Shown here: positions 1 through 9,546 of the stretch, piece after piece
Numbering within the stretch: position 1 is the first letter of the stretch
Layout of the letters: every line of letters starts with the position of its first letter
Assembly: GCA_023267375.1 (NCBI GenBank)
Contig: JAHFNJ010000003.1
Span: forward strand, 28,579-92,578
Length of the DNA stretch: 64,000 nt
Source of the DNA: Candidatus Nomurabacteria bacterium
Lineage (GTDB): Bacteria; Patescibacteriota; Minisyncoccia; Phycocordibacterales; UBA9973
Direction: 5' to 3'
Position numbers and translations under genes: made by a program
The notes under the pieces: model-generated
Seen by the model: only the letters and a program-made list of their open reading frames with translations
What the model was told of the DNA's origin: nothing
Databases searched by the model: none

Positions 1-223
1 ATAGGAGACCAACCTGTCTCACGCACCTACCATCACTTATACTTTCGACGAAGAAAATATAAACGATTTTTCACACATTACTGTGTGGATTGGACTATAA
101 CTTCATCCTTTCGGATGTTTGACATTTAGTCTCTACGGGCATTTATTTTATGAATTTCACAGAAGAGGCAAGTAACTAATTTTACTCACCTTCAAAAATT
201 TAAATTACTAAAAAGTAATTTCG

Positions 224-298
224 TGGGAGCTACCGGGATCGAACCAGTGACCTTCAGATTATCAATCTGACGCTCTGGACCAGCTGAGCTAAACTCCC
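224..298 (-). tRNA. tRNA-Ile (anticodon GAU), discriminator A73, CCA not encoded
   Basis: Reverse complement GGGAGTTTAGCTCAGCTGGTCCAGAGCGTCAGATTGATAATCTGAAGGTCACTGGTTCGATCCCGGTAGCTCCCA folds as a canonical cloverleaf: 7-bp acceptor, D-stem GCTC/GAGC, anticodon loop TTGATAA, T-loop TTCGATC. It lies inside the 23S insertion. Confidence 0.85.
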
Positions 299-526
299 AA
301 TAACAAAGAACAAAATTTTCCTCTGTGAAACTCACAAAACTTATTTCCCTCGGTATTACCCTCGCTTGCGCGTTCGGGTTCCACCGATACTAGTCAACTT
401 CCTACACTATATTTCTATAATGCACCGCCGTGAAGAACGCCACAGCATTCTTACGGTCTAATCTCTTGTTTTAAAAACAATTGCTTTCACAATCTCTCGA
501 CGGGTTCAAACGGGTTCAGAACTCTA

Positions 527-600
527 GTTGCTAGGGGCTAGTTGCTAGGGGCTAGTGAAATTCACTAGAACCTAGGCACTAGAAACTAGAACCTAAAATG
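527..600. repeat. CTAG-rich ~75-bp repeat, copy 1, containing palindrome CTAGTGAAATTCACTAG
   Basis: Its reverse complement aligns over ~70 bp at ~80% identity with 39165-39237 (ttaggttctag…ttctagtgaattYcactagcccctagYaactagcccctag). Confidence 0.6.
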
Positions 601-917
601 CTGAACGGTTTGAACCCAGCTCGCGTATCTTTTTAATTGGCGAACAGCCAAACCCTTGGTAGCTTCTCCACCACCAGGATAAGATGAGCCGACATCGAGG
701 TGCCGAACTCCGCCGTCGCTATGAACGCTTAGGCGGAACTAGCCTGTTATCCCTAGAGTAGCTTTTATCCCTTAATCTTCCACCGCGTCTAATGCGGATG
801 GTCGGTTCACTTGGTTCTGCTTTCGCACCTGCTCGTCATGTACGACTTGCAGTCAAGCCAGCTTGTGCCCATACACTATCGGCACGGTTTCCATTCGCGC
901 CTAGCTGACCTTTAAAG

Positions 918-959
<42 letters not shown>

Positions 960-1267
960 CCCACCAGAAACTGTCTCTTCGAGTTTTTGCCTCGAGGATT
1001 AGAACATATCATAAAATAGAGTGGTATTTCACTGACGAGTAGAATACAGCCGAAACCGTAAACATCAAACCTCTCCCACCTATGCTACGCAATTTTCCAA
1101 TATGCTCAATATCAAGTTGCAGTAAAGCTTCTAGGGTCTTTTCGTCTATCTGCAGGTAACCGGCATCTTCACCGGTACTGTATTTTCACCGAGCTATTCT
1201 CCGAGACAGTTCCCCAGTCATTACACCATTCGTGCACGTCTGAACTTACCAGACAAGGAATTTCGCT

Positions 1268-1470
1268 CAACTATTCCTCTCAGTTGGACTCTCTCTTCAT
1301 CCCGATCGAAATCGGGAGCATGGCGTTGGTCTCTCGTTAACCATGAACGGACTAGCTGCACATTGCTGCGCAGTAGGTAGCGTTGTTTGTTGTAATGATT
1401 TTAAATTAATTGTTTATCGTTTTCTATAACAGTCCCAGTCCTTTGGTGCACATATAAATACATGTACCAA
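1268..1470 (-). other. ~203-nt insertion in 23S at the L1931-equivalent site; putative small group I intron or IVS
   Basis: E. coli-contiguous 'GGTCCTAAGGT|AGCGAAATTCC' is split: plus strand has 'gaatttcgct' (to 1267) then 203 nt then 'accttaggaccgttatagttacggcc' (from 1471). On the RNA strand the upstream exon ends in U and the insert ends in G. Confidence 0.45.
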
Positions 1471-1505
<35 letters not shown>

Positions 1506-3056
1506 CAGGGCTTGTATCAGTCAGCTGTTCTCTGCCTTGCGGCAGAAAACAACCGCCGATAGTTAACCTTCTGGCATTGGTCAGGTGTCACCCCCTATAC
1601 ATCCTCTTACGAGTTCGCAGGGAGCTGTGTTTTTGATAAACAGTTGCCAGGGATACTTTCGCTGCGGCCCCCCGCTACTTTAGATACTTCTATCATAAAG
1701 TAACGGAGAGTTTTTTGTCTCTTACTTTCTTACTCTCCCACTTTTTGGAATTACCCAAAGTAGCGGGGGGCAAGCCTTATTCCGAAGTTACGGCTGCTTT
1801 TTTGCCGAGTTCCTTGGAGAATACTCACTCGTTCGCTTTGGTCTACTCGACCTGACTACCTGTGTCGGTTTACGGTACGGTTTCTGAAATATTAAGCTTA
1901 GAGATTTTTCTTGGAAGCGTGCTTTATAGAATCATCATGGGCGAACCCACAAATTTATGCTCTGCTTGAATCTTCACATTAAAGTGATTGTATCCGGATT
2001 TTCCTAGACACCATTCTTACAGCACAAACAGAAATCCAATAATCTGCTCTATATACTACACTCCGTCCTCCCATCGCATATTTTAGAAGTCATGGAATAT
2101 TAACCATGTATCCATCGGGTGCGGCTTTCGCCATCCCCTTAGGACCGACTAACCCTTGGCTGATCAACATCGCCAAGGAAACCTTAGTCTTTCAGCGTGC
2201 AGGGATCTCACCTGCATTGCGGTTACTTGTGCCAACATTCTTACTTCCGCACGCTCCAGCATGGGTCACCCCTTTGCCTTCAACGCAGAGCGGAATACTC
2301 GCCTACCACTTATTCCGACCTAAGTCGGAAAAAATCCTCAGTTTCGGTACTATACTTAGCCCCGATTATCTGCGGTGCGAAATCTCTTGATGAGTGAGCT
2401 GTTACGCTTTCTTTCAAGGATGGCTGCTTCTAAGCCGACCTCCTCATTGTTTAAGAAATTTCACCTCCTTGACTTGCACTTAGTATAGATTTAGGGACCT
2501 TAAATAGAGATCCGGGCTGTTTCCCTTTTGACTAACGGAGCTTAGCCCCCGTAGTCTAACTGCTATGTTTTAACTTCTGGTATTCGGAGTTTGATAGATT
2601 TAGCGAGATTTCTCCCTGTCCAAATCTTCCAGTGCTCTACCCCCAGAGGGAACACATAACGCTAGCCCAAAAGCTATTTCGGCGAGAACCAGCTATTACC
2701 AGGTTCGATTAGCTTTTCACTCCAACCCACAAGTCATCCGAATGCATTGTACGACATACCGGTTCGGACCTCCTCTACCATTTCTGGTAGATTCATCCTG
2801 CTCATGGGTAGCTCACCTGGCTTCGGGTCTTATGTATGCTACTTATTGTTCGCGCTATTCACACTCGGTTTCCCTATGACTCCATTTTTTTAAAAACTTA
2901 GTCAGCAACATACATAAACTCGTTGGCTCATTCTTCAATAGGCACGCCGTGACGGTCTGCACTTCACGCAGAAAAAATTCTGCACAAAGTGCAAACCGCT
3001 CCGACTCCTTGTAAGCACATGGTTTCAGATCTATTTCACTGTCCTTATCGGACTAT

Positions 3057-3092
<36 letters not shown>

Positions 3093-4174
3093 ATCTCTAA
3101 GAGTATTTAGCCTTGCCGGTTAGTTCCGGCGGATTCCTCCGAGCTATTCGTGTCTCGAAGTACTCAAGAACGACAACAGAAGAGTCAGTAATATTTTCAC
3201 GTACGGGGCCATCACCCTCTTTGGCGTTGCTTTCCAGCAACTTCCGTTAATATACTGTTTTGTAACTCTCCTCGAATAAACGATGTTGTCGCCTTACAAC
3301 CCCGATTCTTTTTCTTGCGAAAAACAATCGGTTTGGGCTTCTCCGCTTTCGCTCGCCGCTACTTACGGAATACAAATTTGTTTCTTTTCCTCCAGGTACT
3401 GAGATGTTTCACTTCCCTGGGTGAGCGTCACTCTCTTGCGAGAGTAATTACTGAGGTTTACTCAGTAGGGTTTCCCCATTCAGAAATCTCCGGATCAAAG
3501 GTTACTCGGCACCTCCCCGAAGCTTATCGCAGCCACGTTACGTCTTTCATCGCCTCTTAGAATCTAGGCATCCACCATATGCTCTTGTTTCCTATTAGGA
3601 AACTTAAAAACCACATATATTTCTACAGACCGCTCCGTAGAGTATATGCATACACTTTACTTTTTTTGCCCTATCCTCGATGCGTCTGAAAAGACCCTAA
3701 AAACTTCCTGAAAATACAAGAAGTAATTGCACCGGAATAGGATTTACCCAACATTATTGCTTTTAAAAGCAATAATGTTATGGCTTATTTGTCAAAGAGA
3801 CTGGCATTCGATCATTATCACTACTTACTAAAAACTTCAGCCGAGGGAACTAAAAAATCGCCTTTCGGCGACATCTCAAAACGCAAGGTTTTGATTAGTA
3901 TCGCCTCGGTTTCTGTAATTTAGAAGTAATATTCATACAGCCCAAAGAGTATATAGGAAGCGAAAAGCGATGTCAAGTTTCTCTCGGTAGTCCCACCAAA
4001 AAGCACGAATATCTGCCTGCTGGCAGATTTCTCTACTCGAAACGCCTTTCTGCGTAAGGCTTTTTGCGGGACTACCTCGCTCTGGTGAGCAGAGCCTTAT
4101 TTCTTGATTAATGACTTCGATTAAGTTATCCACCATTTTATTCACATGCACAAATCTCTCTTTTTATGGCAAGC

Positions 4175-4204
4175 AAAAACCCCCTCTTTCGAGGGGGTTT
4201 TTGT
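4175..4204 (-). terminator. Rho-independent terminator hairpin (bidirectional) downstream of the 4226..4912 gene
   Basis: aaaaaccccctctttcgagggggttttt. Confidence 0.6.
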
Positions 4205-4225
4205 GAGGATTCAAATAAGAAAGAA

Positions 4226-4912
4226 TTAGCCTCGGTGCATGTCGCCTTTTACTTTTTCGATAGCGCGAGCAGCAGCTTCCTTTCCACCAAGACCGAACGC
4301 CAAACCGCCAGCGATGGCAAGCATAGCAATGATACCAGTGAAGAGTACCTGCATGAACTGTGCAGCAATACCGAGTTCAGACAAAGCGATGATGAGAGCG
4401 AAAATCCAGATTGCGTAGTAAGTGATTGTGCCCATCATGTTTGCGCTGTGTACGTTTGCAGCTTTTGCACTGCCAGTCACAACCTTCTTCATAGATTCAG
4501 CAACAACACTTGCAACGATCAAGATGAGCGCAGCAATGATAACCTGTGGAAGATAGTTCAACACTACTTCGCGAAGGAAATCATTAACTTGTGTGAGGTG
4601 AAGTACTTCAAGAGAAGTCATCAAGAACACAACGACGATGAACCACTTAACGAGACCGCCAATAAAACCGCCGACATTCAATTTCATACCAGCGCGAGAA
4701 AGCATTTCACTAGCACCAGCACTTTCAAAAAGTTTATCGATTTTGAGCGCGCTGATGACCTGTGCGAGAGCCTTGCCGACAACTGAGCCCACCATCCATC
4801 CTACGATGAAGACGATGACGGCGATAATAAGATTTGGTACGAAGCCAATAAATCCCAACCAAAGAGATTGGAGAGATGTAGTAAAGACTTCACCCCATGT
4901 GTTAATCAACAT
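4226..4912 (-). CDS. Multi-pass membrane protein with MscS-like conserved TM-helix repeats (putative mechanosensitive channel family)
   Basis: 228-aa ORF with several hydrophobic helices, GxxxG-rich; terminator immediately downstream. Confidence 0.55.
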   Translation of the reverse strand: MLINTWGEVFTTSLQSLWLGFIGFVPNLIIAVIVFIVGWMVGSVVGKALAQVISALKIDKLFESAGASEMLSRAGMKLNVGGFIGGLVKWFIVVVFLMTSLEVLHLTQVNDFLREVVLNYLPQVIIAALILIVASVVAESMKKVVTGSAKAANVHSANMMGTITYYAIWIFALIIALSELGIAAQFMQVLFTGIIAMLAIAGGLAFGLGGKEAAARAIEKVKGDMHRG

Positions 4913-5080
4913 AAATGGTATATGTTCTCCCTCCTTACAAGGAGGGTCAATAAGCCGTAAGCCTATTGCGATTATTAATAAAACTCAGAGCCTTTCTCAA
5001 AAACAACTATTTTTGCTAAAGGCTCCAAATACCTTAAAGTTCGACCTTTGAAAGTATCGTAGTTCTATTATACCAGCTTT

Positions 5081-5698
5081 TTAGGCCTTTTTTAAAGCGT
5101 GTGTGGAAAACTCCCGAGAGTCTATAAGGCGCTCATGCGGATAGTCAAGGATGTCCCGAACGAGCTTGTCGTACATATTGATACGATAAATAAACTCTTG
5201 TGTTTCGAACATGGCATACGAAAGCTCTTTGCCAATTTCTGCTTCGAGGTTTTTTACCGTTTGTTCGATGAGGTTTTTCTTAAGGTTATCGCCGACAATC
5301 AATATATCCGCACGACTATCTTTTTCATGCAAAAAAACACCGGAAATAAGCATGAGCTTGATCTTCCCTACTGACTGGAAGCGCTTCATAAGCTCATCTT
5401 TCTGGAGGAATGAACCGTCGACTAAAAGGTCTTGGATATGCCTGCGATATTTAAAATCAGGATTGAATACCCAACCTGGGACGCGTTTACTTTTTGTTTT
5501 GCCTTCTTTAATAACCGTTCGCTTCTTAATAAACTTGATACTTGCGAGCGATGCAAGCTCTCCACGTGCTGTTTTAGAAGACACTTTAGTGCGTACTGCA
5601 ATCGTAGCAGTATCAAATCCAATATCTGGATTCAAAAGAAACAACCGCATTATTTTCACCCGTGCAGGCGAGCCGAATAGTTTTCCGAGGATTTCCAT
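5081..5698 (-). CDS. Hypothetical protein with N-terminal winged-helix-like region (possible regulator)
   Basis: 205-aa ORF; N-terminus 'ARVKIMRLFLLNPDIGFDTATIAVRTKVSSKTARGEL' resembles MarR/ArsR-type wHTH. Confidence 0.45.
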   Translation of the reverse strand: MEILGKLFGSPARVKIMRLFLLNPDIGFDTATIAVRTKVSSKTARGELASLASIKFIKKRTVIKEGKTKSKRVPGWVFNPDFKYRRHIQDLLVDGSFLQKDELMKRFQSVGKIKLMLISGVFLHEKDSRADILIVGDNLKKNLIEQTVKNLEAEIGKELSYAMFETQEFIYRINMYDKLVRDILDYPHERLIDSREFSTHALKKA

Positions 5699-5767
5699 GG
5701 CGATAGTATACTCCCCCTTAAGAGTTTTGAAAAGTATTAGCCGTCTCAGGAATAGGGCTGCGCTTGG

Positions 5768-6463
5768 CTAAGCTTTTGTGGCTTCTACTGGATCTTTTAC
5801 GACTCCGGTGTAGGCATATATTCTATTTTTATCTTTACTCCATGTAATCTTGTTTTCATCAAAAACAGGAGTAAGTTCGTACTTAACCTGATGTGATTCT
5901 GGTGCGTTACTGGTTCTGAGTTTTATATACTCATCAAAAAGCATTTCACCCACAAAAACCATTTCTCCTTCTTTAACTTTTTCATTGAATAACTCTTCCT
6001 TCATCTTACATGAGTTATACCATGACTCATGGTACTCTTTCTCATATTTAGTATTTATTTCATTTGCTTTTTGAAGTTGCTCGCCGGTTGGGTTGTTAGG
6101 GGTCTTTATATAACGATATGAAATGATATCCTTTACATTATTTGTCTCGCCATATACGGGGCTAGTTTGTATACGATAGCCATTTTCCATACTTGCTACA
6201 TAGAAATCAACATCGTCAGGATTAAATGTCTCAGTTTTAAATAATTCTTCCGCAAGACCATTTTCTATAAATTCTTTGATTTGTTTATCATCCCTTTCAT
6301 TACTCGCAGAAGCTCTAAGCTTCTGCCATTCTTTACTCAACTTTTCTTTTTGTTTCTGTACCGTCGTCCCATAGATAGGATTTTCTCGTAAATTCTTTAT
6401 TGTCTCTTTTACAAGCTTATCAGCTTTCTCAAAAAGATTTTCTAGTGGTGGTACCTGTTCCAT
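5768..6463 (-). CDS. Hypothetical protein
   Basis: 231-aa uninterrupted ORF, coding-like composition, no recognisable motif. Confidence 0.4.
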   Translation of the reverse strand: MEQVPPLENLFEKADKLVKETIKNLRENPIYGTTVQKQKEKLSKEWQKLRASASNERDDKQIKEFIENGLAEELFKTETFNPDDVDFYVASMENGYRIQTSPVYGETNNVKDIISYRYIKTPNNPTGEQLQKANEINTKYEKEYHESWYNSCKMKEELFNEKVKEGEMVFVGEMLFDEYIKLRTSNAPESHQVKYELTPVFDENKITWSKDKNRIYAYTGVVKDPVEATKA

Positions 6464-6520
6464 ATAAATTTATATTAAAGTAATAATATTATCATTATAA
6501 ACTAGAAGATGCATGCACGT

Positions 6521-8158
6521 CTAATGCCCATAAAACCCTCGCGCAACCGCATCTGGGAGCATCATGAGTGTCGCGCCTTTTTCTTGGCAGAGTTTGATTA
6601 TCATCTCATCATTACGTGAACCAGAAGTTGAAAGGATCGTGGTGACACCAGCATTGATGAGCGTTTCTGGACCATCAGGAAATGGGAAGAAGCTATCGCT
6701 GTAGGCGACCGCACCAGAGAGATCGAGTTCACCCTCTCCTAAAAGTGTAGCAGCATTTTTTGCGCGAGAAATTGCGAGCAGTGCTGCCCCGACGCGGTCC
6801 TGCTGTCCTACACCATTACCGTACAAGCGATTATTTTTCACAATTGAAATAGTGTTACTCGTACTTGTGGAGCCAATTGCCCACGCTAAAATAATATCTT
6901 TTTTTATTGCATCAGATACCGTCGCGCCATTTGCAGAAAATTGAGAATCAGAAAAATCGATTACGAACGTATAGTTTGGTTGCTGTAAAAATCCACCACG
7001 CACATAGCGCACGCGCGTTGCCGTATCCAAACTTTTTTCACCAAGCATCGCCAAATCTTTATTTTTCAAAAGCCGGCACTTCCCGCCTTTGCGTGCCAGT
7101 ATTTCAATCGCTTCGTTCGTAAACGACGGCGCAATAATTGTGTCGAGCAATCGTTTGCCTGCCCCCTCCCCCATCCGCCATTCACGGAGCACTGTTGCTT
7201 CACTCGCGCCGATTTCAAAATTTGCCATGAACGATCCGCCGAAGATTGCTTGCAGATCTCCTTCGGTGACTTTTTTAATTACCTCTTCTGCATTCTCTCC
7301 ATATGCAGCACCGCAGGCATTACCATGCTTCACCGCGATACCAAGCTTTGGCACAGATTTAAAATTACGTTCAAAACCAGCCGCCATGTGGGTGATACTT
7401 TGAAGCATCCGATCAAGATCACAAAAATTGTTATATGAAGGTTCCGTACCTTCCACGAGTTCGAATTTATCTAAAGAAAGCGGGTCAGTATTTTTTTCTG
7501 CATACAAGCCAGCCGGTGTCTGCCACGCATTCTCACCATATTTACACGATGCTACTTTTTCTCCAAAAATCGCAGCGTAAGTTCCCTTCGCGTGATACGC
7601 CCCTGATGCGAATGCGTATTTTGAAACGGTGTACTCTGCTTTCGCGGCGAGCATGGTTATAAATGCAGCAGCATCTTGCTCGCCATTTTTCAGCCACTCG
7701 ATTACTTTTTGACGATCGTTTGCATCGCACACAACAATGCGTCGTCCTTTTGCAGCGGAGCGAATCATCGTCGGTCCGCCAATGTCAGTATTTTCAATAA
7801 CTGATTCTGGTGTGGCATCGGCTTTCGCAATTTCTTTTTCAAGCGGATAAAAATCACAGCAGAGCAAATCGATGCGTGGCATATTGAGAGCAGCAAGCTC
7901 TGCTTCATCTTCCGGAATCGGACGTGCCAAAAGTGCAGCGTGGAATTCACGCGAGAGCGTAACCACACGGTGTCCTAAAATAGGCTTCCCCACGCGGTCA
8001 GCTAAATCAGTAACTGGTACGCCATTTTCTTTGAGCACTTTTGCAGTGCCGGTCGAAGACATAATATCCCAACCAAGCGCTACTAATTCTTTGGCAAAAT
8101 CGACGATACCTTCTTTGTTGGAAACAGATAGAAATGCGGTTTTTTTCGCGATATTCAT
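6521..8158 (-). CDS. purH: Bifunctional AICAR transformylase / IMP cyclohydrolase
   Basis: 545 aa; N-terminal MGS-like domain ('AFLSVSNKEGIVDFAKELVALGWDIMSSTGTAKVL'), AICARFT core ('GIAVKHGNACGAAYG'), typical length. Confidence 0.8.
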   Translation of the reverse strand: MNIAKKTAFLSVSNKEGIVDFAKELVALGWDIMSSTGTAKVLKENGVPVTDLADRVGKPILGHRVVTLSREFHAALLARPIPEDEAELAALNMPRIDLLCCDFYPLEKEIAKADATPESVIENTDIGGPTMIRSAAKGRRIVVCDANDRQKVIEWLKNGEQDAAAFITMLAAKAEYTVSKYAFASGAYHAKGTYAAIFGEKVASCKYGENAWQTPAGLYAEKNTDPLSLDKFELVEGTEPSYNNFCDLDRMLQSITHMAAGFERNFKSVPKLGIAVKHGNACGAAYGENAEEVIKKVTEGDLQAIFGGSFMANFEIGASEATVLREWRMGEGAGKRLLDTIIAPSFTNEAIEILARKGGKCRLLKNKDLAMLGEKSLDTATRVRYVRGGFLQQPNYTFVIDFSDSQFSANGATVSDAIKKDIILAWAIGSTSTSNTISIVKNNRLYGNGVGQQDRVGAALLAISRAKNAATLLGEGELDLSGAVAYSDSFFPFPDGPETLINAGVTTILSTSGSRNDEMIIKLCQEKGATLMMLPDAVARGFYGH

Positions 8159-8343
8159 AGGGCCAGTATAACAAAAAATCCCTGGATGACCAGAGATTTT
8201 TTGCTTATTCGGATTATTTCAATGTAACCTTGTCACAGATATTTTGTTCGCCGTCGCTCACAAAATTCTGCGACCCCGGCTCGGTATTTTCTTCTACTGA
8301 AGAAAATATACCTGCGCCCGAAAGGTCACCTAAAATAAGTTCC

Positions 8344-8730
8344 TTATTTAAGTGTGACCTTTCCTCCCGCCTCTTCAATCTTCTTCTTCGCATCTTCTGC
8401 TTCAGCTTTCTTCATACCTGTTTTAAGCATAGAAGGAGCATTGTCAACGAGATCCTTTGCTTCCTTAAGACCCAAACCAAGCATTTCCTTAACTACTTTC
8501 ATCACGCCGATTTTCTGATCGCCAGATGAAGTAAGTTCAACGTCAAAACTGTCTTTCTCTTCAGCTGCAGGACCAGCTGCAGGACCAGCGACAGCAACTG
8601 CTTGTGCTGATACGCCGAATTTTACTTCAAGCACTTTTACAAGTTCGTGCAAATCAAGCACAGACATTCCTTCAATCTTATCAACGAGTTCCTTGAATTT
8701 TGCAGGAACTTCTACTTTTGTTTCTTCCAT
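8344..8730 (-). CDS. rplL: 50S ribosomal protein L7/L12
   Basis: 128 aa, Ala/Pro-rich hinge plus C-terminal domain '[15 protein letters not shown]…[21 protein letters not shown]'. Confidence 0.9.
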   Translation of the reverse strand: MEETKVEVPAKFKELVDKIEGMSVLDLHELVKVLEVKFGVSAQAVAVAGPAAGPAAEEKDSFDVELTSSGDQKIGVMKVVKEMLGLGLKEAKDLVDNAPSMLKTGMKKAEAEDAKKKIEEAGGKVTLK

Positions 8731-8846
8731 AATTTTTTAGTATGTTAGTAAATTAGTAAGTTAGTATGCTAGATGAATGCATTTTGCATTTTCTAGATTA
8801 CTAGTTTACCAGCTTACTAAATTACTTTGATTTAATAATTTGTAAT

Positions 8847-9335
8847 TTACACTCCCTTATCCGCAATTGCTTTCAAACCAACAACCAATCCTTGAATTGG
8901 CGAGTTGATAAGATTGACGAACATTCCGCGAAGCGTATGCATCGATGGAATCATTGCAATAGCAATCATTTCATCTTTTGCTTTATATGCTCCGTCAAAA
9001 ATACCGCCGACAATTGCAATTGCATCTTTGTGTTCCTTTTGGAACGCGTACACTTCACGTGCTGGAGCAAGTAAATCTGCGCCATAAGCAACAGCAACTT
9101 CACCATCAAGCGAAGGCATTTCACCACTAACTCCTTTTGTTGCGAGAGCGCGCTTCATGAGCGTCTTCTTAGCAACACGCAAACCTACTCCTCCTTCGCG
9201 CAATTTTGAACGAAGTGCCATAGTGTTTGCTACTGAAAGTCCGTGAAAATTTACAAAGACTGCTGAGTTCGCACCGGCAAAAAGGGTGTCGAGCTCTTTT
9301 ACTGTTTCTGCCTTTTTCTGTTTAGTAACTGGCAT
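8847..9335 (-). CDS. rplJ: 50S ribosomal protein L10
   Basis: 162 aa, immediately upstream of rplL in the conserved order; L10-like sequence. Confidence 0.85.
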   Translation of the reverse strand: MPVTKQKKAETVKELDTLFAGANSAVFVNFHGLSVANTMALRSKLREGGVGLRVAKKTLMKRALATKGVSGEMPSLDGEVAVAYGADLLAPAREVYAFQKEHKDAIAIVGGIFDGAYKAKDEMIAIAMIPSMHTLRGMFVNLINSPIQGLVVGLKAIADKGV

Positions 9336-9546
9336 AATATAGTTCTTTTTGTTTCTTAAAATAAAACAACCCCGGATGGGGTCGGTAGGATCCTGCCCAA
9401 CAAGTGAGCAGAATATTTCGACCTCGGAAGGATTTACTGCCCGCCCGCACTGCGTTCGGGTACACCTTCTTTCTTTGGCCTACAACAGGATATTATCGAT
9501 TTATGATGGATTTGTCAACACACAGAAAACAGTGGCATTTCATGAA
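9336..9546 (-). promoter_or_regulatory. Long structured 5' UTR of rplJ; candidate L10-leader autoregulatory RNA
   Basis: ~210-nt non-coding GC-richer segment (ccccggatggggtcgg…cccgcccgcactgcgttcggg) upstream of rplJ; L10 leaders are widespread. Not modelled. Confidence 0.25.

Larger units (their letters stand above)
28..612 (-). other. ~585-nt insertion in 23S rRNA at the L2593-equivalent (I-CreI) site; putative group I intron or fragmentation spacer
   Basis: 23S sequence adjacent in E. coli (…GGGTTYARAACGTCGTGAGACAGTT…) is split here: exon-like blocks at 613-640 and 1-27 are separated by sequence without 23S similarity. No ORF >60 aa inside. Confidence 0.5.

Noticed and set aside
330-430. 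Segment inside the 23S insert that superficially resembled a 23S 3'-terminal sequence ('…gttccaccgatactagtcaac…')
   Set aside because: Similarity to the E. coli 23S 3' end is weak and in the wrong orientation. It is not called as rRNA.
4166-4786. 206-aa plus-strand ORF
   Set aside because: It is antisense to, and almost coextensive with, the well-formed membrane-protein gene 4226..4912. It is a low-complexity mirror ORF.
8731-8846. rplJ-rplL spacer with ttagta/ctag-rich repeats, checked as a third copy of the CTAG element
   Set aside because: It has only short motif similarity (ctagattactag) and no alignment to the 75-bp element. It is probably just an AT-rich spacer.
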